Source: Ignavibacteriota bacterium
Lineage (GTDB): Bacteria; Bacteroidota; Ignavibacteria; UBA10030
Direction: 5' to 3'
Length of the DNA: 64,000 nucleotides
Assembly: GCA_963701295.1 (NCBI GenBank)
Contig: OY969585.1
Span: forward strand, 1,856,001-1,920,000
Shown: positions 30,701 to 39,516 of the stretch, piece after piece
How the letters are laid out: each line of letters opens with the position of its first letter
Numbering within the stretch: position 1 is the stretch's first letter
Notes under the pieces: generated by a model
What the model was told of the DNA's origin: nothing
The model's input: only the letters and a program-made list of their open reading frames with translations
Databases searched by the model: none
Position numbers and translations under genes: made by a program

Positions 30701-31601
30701 GAATGTCAATGATGTTATCATGGAAATTATGAGCATGATTTATGAAACGTTTCCTAAGACTTTGACCTGTTCGCAGAATTTCGATAAATCGATCCCTTAC
30801 ATCAGTGCCGATCGTTCCCAGTTAAATCAAATGTTGCTGAATCTTTGCATGAATGCACGAGATGCGATGCCAAGCGGCGGCGTTCTTACTATCAGTACGC
30901 ATATTGTCTCTGTTGCAAACCTGCGTAATCAGCATCCGGATGCTGCTGCGAGCAGTTATGTCTGTATTGAAGTGAGTGATACGGGGGAAGGGATGACCGA
31001 AGAGATACGAAAGAGAATCTTTGAGCCGTTTTTCACCACGAAGGGAATAGGAAAAGGAACCGGATTGGGATTGTCTGTGGTGTTCGGAGTTGTTCAAACT
31101 CATAGGGGATTTATTGATGTAGAAAGTGAACTTGGCGAAGGAACTACATTCCGAATATATTTGCCCATATCAGAAGTGACAAAACCGATTATTGAAAAAG
31201 CCGAAGAAACATGGGAAGAAATAGCGGGTGGAACAGAAACATTGCTGGTTGTAGAGGATGAAGAGATGCTGATGATGTCTCTTCAGATGGTGCTCGTTGA
31301 TAAGGGATACAAAGTTCTTTCAACTCAAGATGGATTTAAGGCACTGGTAATCTATCAAGAGAGAAAAAAGGATATCGCTCTTGTGCTGACCGATCTCGGA
31401 TTGCCTACTATGACCGGATTGGAAGTGTGTCAACATATCAAAGCAATCAATCCGAATGAACGTGTTATCCTGGCGACAGGTTTTCTTGATCCGGATATGA
31501 AATCAGAATTTCTGAAAGCGGGGATACAGCATTTTCTCTATAAACCGTATGATCTCAGGAATGTTCTAAAAGTTGTGCGGGAAGTGTTGGATGAGAAATA
31601 A
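27741..31601 (+). CDS. Hybrid sensor histidine kinase (REC-6xPAS-HisKA-HATPase-REC), paralog of 16797
   Basis: N-terminal REC+PAS closely match the 16797 gene; six DITERK; AHDFNNIL; GTGLGL; C-terminal receiver. Confidence 0.93.
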   Translation: MAQHKKETIKPKTSSPEKSHSPYILLVEDEPTHVAIMRHTIQSANPNAMVKVAGSLQEYRSAISKSLPEIALIDMYLPDGKALEVLTSPLEAGSFPIVVMTSSGDEKIAVKAMKAGALDYVVKSPDAFKEIHRTLERTLREWKLIHERKRAEELLQETEKKYKTIIEGAAEGILIADLETRKFKYANPVICSMLGYSADELLGLSVNDIHPPEHLPEVITVFESQARGEIMLSPPIQCLRKDGSVFFVEINTANVIIDGKPCNVGFFTDITERKRAEQQIADALYYIETVFEASPVGIITYKESGEVISANRAAAIIVGTTIEQLHKQNFKELKSWERSGLREAANAALASSDERRIEVHDVSTFGKEAVFAARFVPFMHQGRKELLALFSDITERKRAEEALWESENRFRLITEQSLMAVGIIQDGVYKYFNKAYEEISGYSADEIKKWKPFEFTKTVHPDDLNFVTDEIKKKQIGHPDVVPCYSFRGIHKSGDIRWIDLYSKTVIYENRSADLVTFTDITERKRAEEVLESQHALLTAMINSASDIFIFSLDKNYSYTTFNEKHRKEMKRVWNADIKIGMNLLDCMQMPELRELVKQSIDRALKGEAFSEIQHQPNLNIYYEFSWNPIHQKEEIVGVTVFIRDITERKLAEEVIKQTEENFRRSLEDSPLGVRIVTAQGDTVYANRAILDIYGYDNLEELKRTPVKDRYTPESYAEFEIREEKRKQGEFGPSEYEISIVRKNGEVRYVQVFRKEVFWNGAKQFQVIYQDITERKRVEEALSQSLERYRLLHDYAPVGILLVNRSGQILETNPAALQILGSPSAEATKGINLLTFPRLIEAGISTAFQHCIETGRTVFGEYPYTTNWGKSIRIRLQFVPIFDDHGQVVLVHNIFEDITERKILEEQLRQMQKLEGLGTLAGGIAHDFNNILGIILAYNSSVERSKGDAKKLGLATETITKAVQRGKTLVQQILTFARKTDTAFGPVNVNDVIMEIMSMIYETFPKTLTCSQNFDKSIPYISADRSQLNQMLLNLCMNARDAMPSGGVLTISTHIVSVANLRNQHPDAAASSYVCIEVSDTGEGMTEEIRKRIFEPFFTTKGIGKGTGLGLSVVFGVVQTHRGFIDVESELGEGTTFRIYLPISEVTKPIIEKAEETWEEIAGGTETLLVVEDEEMLMMSLQMVLVDKGYKVLSTQDGFKALVIYQERKKDIALVLTDLGLPTMTGLEVCQHIKAINPNERVILATGFLDPDMKSEFLKAGIQHFLYKPYDLRNVLKVVREVLDEK

Positions 31602-31623
31602 TCATTATCCAACACAGGAATAG

Positions 31624-31860
31624 ATGAAAAAGATCTTAGCCGAATTAGACTATCTCGTGTATGTTTCCTGGCGAGGTCCTACACTTCTCTCCAATCATCA
31701 CCGCTTTCATGAGCGTCCTGAAAATGATGTTTTGAAGATGACCCGTGAATGTTCGCTCAAAGGAAGGTTTGAGAGTAAACCATTCGAAGCATCCGACAAA
31801 ATTCAGTGCTCAAAACAAGCATAATCCTGAAAGAATACTATGTACTTAAAACCAGGAAGA
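31624..31860 (+). pseudogene. Possible decayed HUH (RAYT/IS200-like) transposase fragment; contains repeat copy 2
   Basis: LLSNHHRFH (like LMPNHxH), GRFESK (like GRFKS), and HNP in a shifted frame; next to a REP-like remnant. Confidence 0.3.
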
Positions 31861-31904
31861 CTTCGGATGGTTAGAGAGTTTTAATCGAGATGCCTTCCAA
31901 GACT
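31860..31904. repeat. Degenerate REP-like palindrome, copy 3
   Basis: ACTTCGGATGGT...GAGATGCCTTCC resembles ACCTTCGGAAGGT...GAGATACCTTCC of copy 2. Confidence 0.45.
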
Positions 31905-31969
31905 ACTCCGATAACAAACCTATCCTCTTTCTTGTAAAGTTTCGATAAAAAAAAGTATATTATACTATT

Positions 31970-32974
31970 ATGAGGCAATTTACAGTTACATCATTATTCT
32001 GTGCACTGATGCTTATCTCTGGTTGCAAGGATGCTCCTCGTGACAATCCGCTGGATCCAAGTTCGCCTCAATACACAAACACGGCATCAGTGAAAGGCCA
32101 AGTTCTTTTACTTGGTCAAAACAGCGGTATCGTTTCAGCAAGCATCACTTCATTGCAAGACAGTGTGAGTGTTTTAAGTGATGCAGGTGGAAATTATTCT
32201 TTCAGCAGCCTGACTGTTGGTACACAAACGCTGGTATGCACCAAAGAGAACTTTGTTCCCGACACACAACAGATTATTCTTCAGAGCCGTACAACGAAGG
32301 AAGTTCTATTTGAATTAAACGGTGCGCCTTATGTTCTGGCTCAAAATATACTCACCAGGAAAATTGATCAGTACTATCCGAGTGCGCAATATTTTGTCGA
32401 TGTTACTGCTTCCGTCACTGATCCGAATGGTATAGCGGATGTGGACTCCGTTTGGTTCGCTGTTGATACCCTTCTCTTCCCGATGGATTATTCAGTATCG
32501 ACCAAACAATTTCAAATCACCATTTATAAGTACGATTTACCAACAAACACCATCCAATGGCTTGTCAACAGACCATTGAGAATTCGTTCGAAAGATCGCA
32601 GCGATGCCGTCAATCTCAGTACTCCGTTTTTCGTATCAAGAATCATCGAAAATACAGCGACACCCATCTATCCAACAATCAACACAACCACAATGCAAAT
32701 GGATACCACTGGTTCTACACCGCTGTTCCAATGGTTACCGCCGGATGTGACATTCAATTATACGTACACCCTCACGCTCTCAAGTGTTGTGTCAGGTATA
32801 CAAAACGTGGTATGGACATATACAAAACTGCTTTCATCTTCTTTGCAACTCCAGTTTCCAGCTGATAACAGCGGATCGACTTTATCAGCCGGTGAGTATG
32901 AGTGGACTATTTCTGTCGTCGATGATTTTGGAAATTACTCACGTTCAAAAGCAGCACCGTTTATGGTACAATAA
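31970..32974 (+). CDS. Lipoprotein with CarboxypepD_reg-like and Ig/FnIII-like beta domains
   Basis: Lipobox LISG-C then KDAPRDNPLDP; SDAGGNYSF..LTVGTQTLVC; beta-rich C-terminus (GEYEWTISV). Confidence 0.75.
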   Translation: MRQFTVTSLFCALMLISGCKDAPRDNPLDPSSPQYTNTASVKGQVLLLGQNSGIVSASITSLQDSVSVLSDAGGNYSFSSLTVGTQTLVCTKENFVPDTQQIILQSRTTKEVLFELNGAPYVLAQNILTRKIDQYYPSAQYFVDVTASVTDPNGIADVDSVWFAVDTLLFPMDYSVSTKQFQITIYKYDLPTNTIQWLVNRPLRIRSKDRSDAVNLSTPFFVSRIIENTATPIYPTINTTTMQMDTTGSTPLFQWLPPDVTFNYTYTLTLSSVVSGIQNVVWTYTKLLSSSLQLQFPADNSGSTLSAGEYEWTISVVDDFGNYSRSKAAPFMVQ

Positions 32975-32976
32975 GT

Positions 32977-34455
32977 ATGGAACAGATACATCACGATAAC
33001 TTCAATGCCCTCTATGAGATTGCACGATCTATCAACTCCATTCTGGAACCGGATGAACTGCTCGAGCGTGTGCTTGAAATCGCCATGACACATCTTTCTG
33101 CTGAGCGTGGGTTTGTTATTCTTACTGATCCCAATAAGGAGAACGGGTATGATGTTGTAACGATGAAAAATTTTTCTTCGCAACGAACAAGCAATGAATA
33201 TGCCGCTTCCTCTTCAGTAGTGACCAATGTTCTCAATACCGGTGAAGCAGTACTGACCTTTGATGCACCAAACGACGAGCGATTTGAATCATCTGTGAGT
33301 ATCATTGCCCAGAAAATATTGTCCATTATTTGTGTCCCGCTTCGAATAGGAGAGAGGACATTTGGTGCTGTGTATTTGGACAGCAGTGCCATGCTGAAAG
33401 AATTTAACGACGAGTCATTGAAATTTCTAACCATCTTTGGTAATCTTGCTGGTATTGCCATCGAGAATGCAAAACGTTATACCGAGCTTCGAAATCAGAA
33501 TGAACGGTTGAAAAACGAAGCTGATGTTACACATTTATTCGCAAACCTCATTGGTAAAAGTGATACATGGAAAAGTGCGTTGGAAATCGTTCAACGCGTG
33601 TTGGATATTGATGTGGCCATCCTTATTACGGGAGAAAGTGGAACAGGGAAGGAACTTGTTGCACGCGCTATCCACGAGAATGGTCTGCGCAAAGGACTTG
33701 CCTTTGTGGCTGTGAATTGCTCTGCTATTCCCGAATCGTTAATTGAAAGTGAATTGTTTGGTTATGTTCGCGGTGCATTTACTGGTGCGAATGCGGTCAA
33801 GAAAGGATTGGTCGAAGTCGCTGATGGAGGCACTCTCTTCCTGGATGAAATCGCTGATCTGCCATTTGCTCTTCAATCGAAACTTCTCCGATTGCTTCAG
33901 GAGAAAGAATACCGCCGTATTGGAGACACGGTAAATCGATCTGCAGATATTCGCATCATTGCTGCAACCAACAAGGATTTGAAAAACGAAGTGAAGAATG
34001 GGGCATTGCGCGAAGATCTCTATTTCCGTTTAAATGTCGTTGATATTCATCTCCCACCGCTGCGCGAACGGAGAGATGATATTCCTCTCCTGGCAAAACA
34101 TTTTCTCCAACGCTCAGCGCAAATGTATAAACGATCCATCGACAGTATCCATCCAGATGCTATGCATATGCTGCTTGTAAATCCATGGAAGGGGAATGTA
34201 CGGGAATTTCAAAATGTCATTGAGCGTGCGGTAGTTCTCTGTCAGGGGACACAATTGACACCTGCTGATCTTGTGCTCGATTTTACTGAGCGAAATTCCA
34301 TTCTTCCCAATTCAATGACGCTTGAAGAGATTGAACGTCAGATCATTGAAACGACATTGGATGAGATGGATGGAAATAGAAGAAGGACAGCGGAGAAGTT
34401 AGGTGTTTCCTTACGATGGCTTCAGTACCGTTTGAAAGAATGGAATAAAGTGTAA
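32977..34455 (+). CDS. GAF-domain sigma54-dependent transcriptional activator (bEBP, Fis-type HTH)
   Basis: N-terminal GAF; GESGTGKE, ESELFG, GAFTGA, LFLDEI, DLYFRLNV, WKGNVRE; GNRRRTAEKLGVS. Confidence 0.95.
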   Translation: MEQIHHDNFNALYEIARSINSILEPDELLERVLEIAMTHLSAERGFVILTDPNKENGYDVVTMKNFSSQRTSNEYAASSSVVTNVLNTGEAVLTFDAPNDERFESSVSIIAQKILSIICVPLRIGERTFGAVYLDSSAMLKEFNDESLKFLTIFGNLAGIAIENAKRYTELRNQNERLKNEADVTHLFANLIGKSDTWKSALEIVQRVLDIDVAILITGESGTGKELVARAIHENGLRKGLAFVAVNCSAIPESLIESELFGYVRGAFTGANAVKKGLVEVADGGTLFLDEIADLPFALQSKLLRLLQEKEYRRIGDTVNRSADIRIIAATNKDLKNEVKNGALREDLYFRLNVVDIHLPPLRERRDDIPLLAKHFLQRSAQMYKRSIDSIHPDAMHMLLVNPWKGNVREFQNVIERAVVLCQGTQLTPADLVLDFTERNSILPNSMTLEEIERQIIETTLDEMDGNRRRTAEKLGVSLRWLQYRLKEWNKV

Positions 34456-35987
34456 TGCCGTTTACGATTGAAGAGAAAATCAGCGAGAGCAGTTTTACCA
34501 GTGTCTATCGTGCATTTGATGGAGTGCTGCAACGACGTATCTTGTTGAAGGTGCTCCACAAGCACCATGCCACTGATAATGATCTGTATCAGCGGTTTGT
34601 GCGGGAAGCTCAGACTTGCGCTGCACTTCGCTCCGAGCATATTGTCCAGGTCTACGAATTAATTGAATATGAAGGATCGCCGGCAATTGTGTTGGAATTT
34701 GTCGATGGTACTTCACTCAAGAATCTCATCGCTACAGGGACCACTCGTTCGTTGAAATATGCAAGAAAAGTTGCATTGCAAACCCTCCGCGGACTTGTCG
34801 TTGCACACGACAGGGGAATCATTCATCGTGATATCAAACCCGGAAATATTCTTGTGGTGACAGACGGAACATTGAAGGTTACAGATTTTGGATTGGCATA
34901 TCTTGCGTCTGTTCCAACTATAACGGCGCAAGGGATGGTGCTTGGAACACCTGCATATATGTCTCCGGAGCAAATTCGCCACGAAGAGATCGACCAAAGA
35001 ACAGATCTCTTTTCTCTGGGCGCAACTTTGGTTGAAGTGCTGACTGGCAACCGCCTCTTCGAAGGGGCATCATATGCGGAGTGCGCCAAGAAGATTCTTT
35101 CTTTTCAAGTGGATATACTTGATTATCTTGTGGAGAAATCATCTGCTGAGTTCGTGAAATATCTAAAACTTCTCTTGGCGCCGAAGAAACAAAACAGGTA
35201 CGCGACATCAAGGGAGGCACTCTATGCACTGGAACAAGACGAATCGAGCATATTCATTTCTATTCCATTCAAAGCACCAATGATAAAACGTCGAACAGTA
35301 TTTCTGGTCGGAGCAACACTTCTCCTTGGAGCTTTAGCGATTGTTTTGATTACAATCGATCATTTTTCGTATTTCCGAAATTCTGGTCCAACTCAGCCGA
35401 TAGTATTGTCGGATTCAACTGCAGCAAGAATAACGACAGATGAAGAGATGCAGAGAAAACTCAGTATTTCTTCTCCGGTTCAATCTGAGCCTATGCAGCA
35501 ACCAGAAGAACTCAAGCAACGGGAAATTTCAACGACAGCGACCACACCGCTATCCATGGATTCAGGCACCGTTCTTCTAACCAGTACACCGTGGGCAAAG
35601 GTATATGTTGATAGTGTTTTTATCGGGGAAACTCCCATCAGTAAACCTCTGACTCTTTCTGCCGGAAAACATTCTGTGACGTTCACGCACCCATCCTTTG
35701 ATCCGATTCTTCGGACCATTACGGTGCCGCCGAATAGGGAACTTTATGTTACGGCAAATTTTATTGAGAATGCTGGATTCCTTAGTTGTATTGCTACTCC
35801 ATGGGCAGAGGTGTACGTCGATGAACAATATAAAGACACAACGCCTTTGGAGAAACCAATCGTGCTGTCACCCGGGAAACACCATGTGCGTTTTAAAAAT
35901 GCATCGTTCGTTGATGTTCTCCGCGAGGTGATAATCAAATCCAAGGATACAACTTCACTGAGCATCTTTTTTAAGAAACAACGATGA
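34455..35987 (+). CDS. Hanks-type Ser/Thr protein kinase with TM helix and two C-terminal PEGA-like repeats
   Basis: HRDIKPGN, TDFGLA, GTPAYMSPEQ, DLFSLG; TM VFLVGATLLLGALAIVLI; TPWAxVYVD..TP..LSxGKH twice; start overlaps the upstream stop (TAATG). Confidence 0.92.
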   Translation: MPFTIEEKISESSFTSVYRAFDGVLQRRILLKVLHKHHATDNDLYQRFVREAQTCAALRSEHIVQVYELIEYEGSPAIVLEFVDGTSLKNLIATGTTRSLKYARKVALQTLRGLVVAHDRGIIHRDIKPGNILVVTDGTLKVTDFGLAYLASVPTITAQGMVLGTPAYMSPEQIRHEEIDQRTDLFSLGATLVEVLTGNRLFEGASYAECAKKILSFQVDILDYLVEKSSAEFVKYLKLLLAPKKQNRYATSREALYALEQDESSIFISIPFKAPMIKRRTVFLVGATLLLGALAIVLITIDHFSYFRNSGPTQPIVLSDSTAARITTDEEMQRKLSISSPVQSEPMQQPEELKQREISTTATTPLSMDSGTVLLTSTPWAKVYVDSVFIGETPISKPLTLSAGKHSVTFTHPSFDPILRTITVPPNRELYVTANFIENAGFLSCIATPWAEVYVDEQYKDTTPLEKPIVLSPGKHHVRFKNASFVDVLREVIIKSKDTTSLSIFFKKQR

Positions 35988-36766
35988 TACAGAAAGTATT
36001 CTTTGCCTTCATTCTCATAGCAGTATTCGCGCACGGTGCATGTGCTCAGGAGGATACTACACATTCAACCTTGCAGGCAATTGAAGTTCTCTACAATACC
36101 GGCTCATACCTATCTGCAGAATTGGAAGCCCGGCGCCTTCTTGAATTTTCAGCGTTGAACGATTCTGTACGTGTGGCTGTTCATAAGTATATTGCATTTT
36201 CTTTAATCGCCCAAGGAAAATCGGAACAGGCAAAAGAACATTTCATGTCAGTGCTTAAGCTTGCACCCGACTATGATCTTGATCCTGTTTATACCTCTCC
36301 CAAGATTCTTGTCATCTTTAAGGAAACACAGCAACTCTTCCTTTCATCAAAGGAACCTCAAAAAGGAGCCGTCAGAAGTCCGGTGTCGATCGAGCGCTCT
36401 GCCATTACGTATCGGACAATTCTTTTTCCCGGGTGGGAACAATTACACGAAGAGAGAACGACAACAGGAACCCTATTTCTTGGAGCCGGCATCACAACAT
36501 TAGGAGCTGGAATTGCTTTTGAGTTTTTGCGGAGTTCTGCGCGGCAAAACTATTTATCTGAAACGCATTCATCAGAATTTAATGAGAAGTATGAGATTTA
36601 TGACCGATATTATAAAGCAGAAATTATTTCGTTTGTTGCATTTGCGGTCGTGTATGCAGCATCAGAAATAGAGGTGTTCCAAGCCCAACGGTATCCGCCC
36701 ATCTCATTTGAATCAAATCTATCCAAGTCACGAGGAACAACTCTTACAATTGCCATTCGTTTCTGA
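35984..36766 (+). CDS. Exported TPR-like protein with hydrophobic C-terminal segments
   Basis: Signal peptide; AFSLIAQGKSEQAKEHFMSVLKLAPDYDLDP..SPK helical repeat; ILFPGWEQL followed by hydrophobic stretches; ATGA overlap with kinase. Confidence 0.7.
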   Translation: MIQKVFFAFILIAVFAHGACAQEDTTHSTLQAIEVLYNTGSYLSAELEARRLLEFSALNDSVRVAVHKYIAFSLIAQGKSEQAKEHFMSVLKLAPDYDLDPVYTSPKILVIFKETQQLFLSSKEPQKGAVRSPVSIERSAITYRTILFPGWEQLHEERTTTGTLFLGAGITTLGAGIAFEFLRSSARQNYLSETHSSEFNEKYEIYDRYYKAEIISFVAFAVVYAASEIEVFQAQRYPPISFESNLSKSRGTTLTIAIRF

Positions 36767-36852
36767 GGCGCAGGATATGCAGTATGGTGCACATCTTGCA
36801 CAAGTGAAGAAAAGGGATCCCTCATATCGAATAGATTTCCTAATCTTTTGTG

Positions 36853-36868
36853 TGGCATATGGATTGCA
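36853..36868 (+). promoter_or_regulatory. Sigma54 (-24/-12) promoter
   Basis: TGGCATATGGATTGCA = GG-N10-GC, matching TGGCAC-N5-TTGCW, about 60 bp upstream of the ATG at 36928. Confidence 0.8.
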
Positions 36869-36927
36869 TCATTTTTTGTGAAATAATCCATATTTGTCAA
36901 AAAATGCCTATAAATTAGGAGAGAGAA

Positions 36928-38946
36928 ATGAAAAATAAATACTGGTTTTTTGCAGCAGCCGTATTAACGATAGCACTTATTTTTACTCAGTCCCTTTTTT
37001 CACAAACCGCGTTACCACCACATTCTCGAAATCAAATTAGGTTTATCTCTCAACCGCCTCAATATGGTCAACGCGGCGTTCCTTATTCCTATACGGCTCA
37101 AGCCGTCACTGCAGACACCACTGCGGTTATCAACTATTGTGCTGGTATTCTCAATCCCATTGGGCTGACAATTGATTCGATATCGGGTGTTGTCAATTGG
37201 ATCCCTGCAGCGAAAGGATGGTATCCAATTACCCTGATAGCGAGGTCGAATAAAGGAGGCAATGCCGTCCAATCTTTTATGGTGACAGTAGTCGGCGGCA
37301 ATGGTATTGTGCAAGGACAAGTGACGGATACATCAGGTAATAGCATTTCTAATATTATTATCGAAGTGCTGCAAGTTTTAAGCACAGATCCTATTCCTCT
37401 CAATACTATTTCTATCAGTAATGAATGTTATTCATACTCCGCAAAAACAGATAAAAATGGAATGTATCGGATTTCTCATATTGATCCCGGTACGTATAAA
37501 GTACGTGCAGTATCACCTACGCCCCAGTATCTAAGCCAGTGGTATGATGGACAGTCTGACGCTAAGGATGCGAATACGATCACTATTTCCGATTCTTCTT
37601 CTAATACTCCCACCGTGGTCAATTTTTCTCTTCGCGGTATTGTCAGATTGCCAAAGATTGCTGTATCAGGTATTGTTACCGATACGAATCTTCTTCCAAT
37701 AAAAGTTGCGAATATCTTTTTTGTACGATCCGGATTTGCGTTGAATACTAAGGACACTGTTGACGACTTCCGAGAATATTTCAACATGAATGCTATGAAG
37801 GACGATTGCAGACTCGAAGGAAAATCGCAGAATGTATACAGCGCCAAAACCGACTCGTCCGGTACGTATTCGCTTCAGATTCCACAGGGATCATATATTG
37901 CCTTTGCCAAAGCTCGGGGATATGCAACGGAATTCTATTTGGGACAATCCGATCTGCTGTCGGCAAATCAGATAGTACTGACACATGACAGCGCAGGTAT
38001 CAACTTCGCGCTTGCGCAGCTTCCAAAGGTTGTTCTTGGTACAATCACAGGGAGCGTGCTCGATTCAGCACAAGGTATCGGTGTTCCTTCCCGAATTATT
38101 GCATCTCGAGATCGATGGACTGTGAAAGATAAATTTAACTGCTTCCGCTCTTACGTCGTTGATACAGATTCCCTTGGTACATTTTCAGTCGATTCATTAT
38201 TACCGGGATCGTACTTTGTGTTTGCAGTACCGCTAGGTAATTATTCTCCTGCTTTCTATTCAACAGATACTACAAGTATACGATGGAAGAGAGCAACCAG
38301 AGTGGATATTAGTGGGAACACTGTTAATGATATCGATATTTATGTGCACGAGATTCCTGATTCCATGAATGGGTACTCCAGTATTTCTGGCGCTGTTCGT
38401 TTTTCATCGGGTTCCATCTCAATGGCAGGAGCCCTTGTCTATGCAGCAAATCGGAATTCCGTAGTCTCAGGATATGCAATCACGGATGAGAAGGGGAATT
38501 ACAATATAGAAGGCCTGGTTCCCGGTGCATATACCGTGTCGGTCGATAAGGTAGGATATGAGACAGCATCACAATCTGCTACCGTTTCCTACAGTGCCGC
38601 AGGAAATCTAAACGCCACTGTCGACCTGTCAATCGATGAAGTAGCCACAGGTGTGGCCCAAACTTCTTCAACACAGCAGCCGACGCAATTCATGCTTGAA
38701 CAAAATTTTCCGAATCCATTCAATCCATCAACAACGATTAACTACACATTGAATCAATCTGGCATTGTTACGTTGAAGGTGTATAATCTTCTTGGCCAAG
38801 AAGTGCGCACATTGGTCAATGGATTCCAAAATGCAGGAAGTTATCATACGATGTTTAATGCGCAAGGACTTTCCAGCGGTATCTATTTCTATCGCTTAAA
38901 AAATCAAAACAGCATTCAGACTCGGAAAATGATTCTCTTACAATAA
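36928..38946 (+). CDS. Secreted protein: Ig/cadherin-like domain + several CarboxypepD_reg-like domains + T9SS type A C-terminal domain
   Basis: Signal peptide; GLTIDSISGVVNW; repeated TDxxGxY..PGxY; LEQNFPNPFNPSTTI..LSSGIYFYRL..KMILL. Confidence 0.85.
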   Translation: MKNKYWFFAAAVLTIALIFTQSLFSQTALPPHSRNQIRFISQPPQYGQRGVPYSYTAQAVTADTTAVINYCAGILNPIGLTIDSISGVVNWIPAAKGWYPITLIARSNKGGNAVQSFMVTVVGGNGIVQGQVTDTSGNSISNIIIEVLQVLSTDPIPLNTISISNECYSYSAKTDKNGMYRISHIDPGTYKVRAVSPTPQYLSQWYDGQSDAKDANTITISDSSSNTPTVVNFSLRGIVRLPKIAVSGIVTDTNLLPIKVANIFFVRSGFALNTKDTVDDFREYFNMNAMKDDCRLEGKSQNVYSAKTDSSGTYSLQIPQGSYIAFAKARGYATEFYLGQSDLLSANQIVLTHDSAGINFALAQLPKVVLGTITGSVLDSAQGIGVPSRIIASRDRWTVKDKFNCFRSYVVDTDSLGTFSVDSLLPGSYFVFAVPLGNYSPAFYSTDTTSIRWKRATRVDISGNTVNDIDIYVHEIPDSMNGYSSISGAVRFSSGSISMAGALVYAANRNSVVSGYAITDEKGNYNIEGLVPGAYTVSVDKVGYETASQSATVSYSAAGNLNATVDLSIDEVATGVAQTSSTQQPTQFMLEQNFPNPFNPSTTINYTLNQSGIVTLKVYNLLGQEVRTLVNGFQNAGSYHTMFNAQGLSSGIYFYRLKNQNSIQTRKMILLQ

Positions 38947-38980
38947 ATCACACACTTTTTTAGTCGTTTGGCATTTGAAG

Positions 38981-39015
38981 AGGGCTGTCTCGATCTGAGA
39001 CAGCCCTATTTTTTT
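38981..39015 (+). terminator. Intrinsic terminator
   Basis: AGGGCTGTCTC-GATCT-GAGACAGCCCT then ATTTTTTT. Confidence 0.85.
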
Positions 39016-39018
39016 CTA

Positions 39019-39038
39019 TAGCGGGGGAGGGATTGAAC
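39019..39038 (-). repeat. att-like copy of the tRNA-Met 3' end (distal island boundary)
   Basis: TAGCGGGGGAGGGATT, 16 bp identical to 53906-53921, then GAAC after a 1-nt gap. Confidence 0.8.
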
Positions 39039-39437
39039 TCAGTCTTAAATTCGAGACTCTTTTCAGTGATTTTCAATAAAAAACAAGAAATCATTAAGTT
39101 TGACATTACCATGCGATCTTACTATTAGCACATTATGGATATTGGGCTACTGGATGATCTTGGACTAAAAACATATATCTCTAGGCTAATATTACTTTCT
39201 ATATTAATAGAGTACATGAATAATCAAGAGGAGTATAAGATTATTTAAAACAGAAATTAAAAAAAAGAAGCCTATGATATTCATTAATATCTAACCGCAT
39301 ATCTATTGAAAAAAGGATCGATCCTATTTCTAAATGTACTTCTTATTCTCATTTTTCGGATTACCCATTGACTATCTTGATTTTAATGGCACAAAATAGT
39401 ATTTATGAATCGTTCTTAAAATAATTCAGGGTACATA

Positions 39438-39482
39438 TTGATAGAGAATAAATTTTCTGATACAATACAACATTGTGTTGTA
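39438..39482 (+). promoter_or_regulatory. Sigma70-type promoter with overlapping palindromic operator
   Basis: TTGATA-N17-TACAAT with TG extension; TACAACA-TTG-TGTTGTA inverted repeat at 39466-39482. Confidence 0.55.
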
Positions 39483-39516
39483 ATCAAACAATAATTCTCG
39501 GCCTTTCATCAATCCC

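Noticed and set aside
39081-39437. AT-rich gap as a possible integrase remnant
   Set aside because: No ORF of 60 aa or more in the track and no tyrosine or serine recombinase motif recognisable
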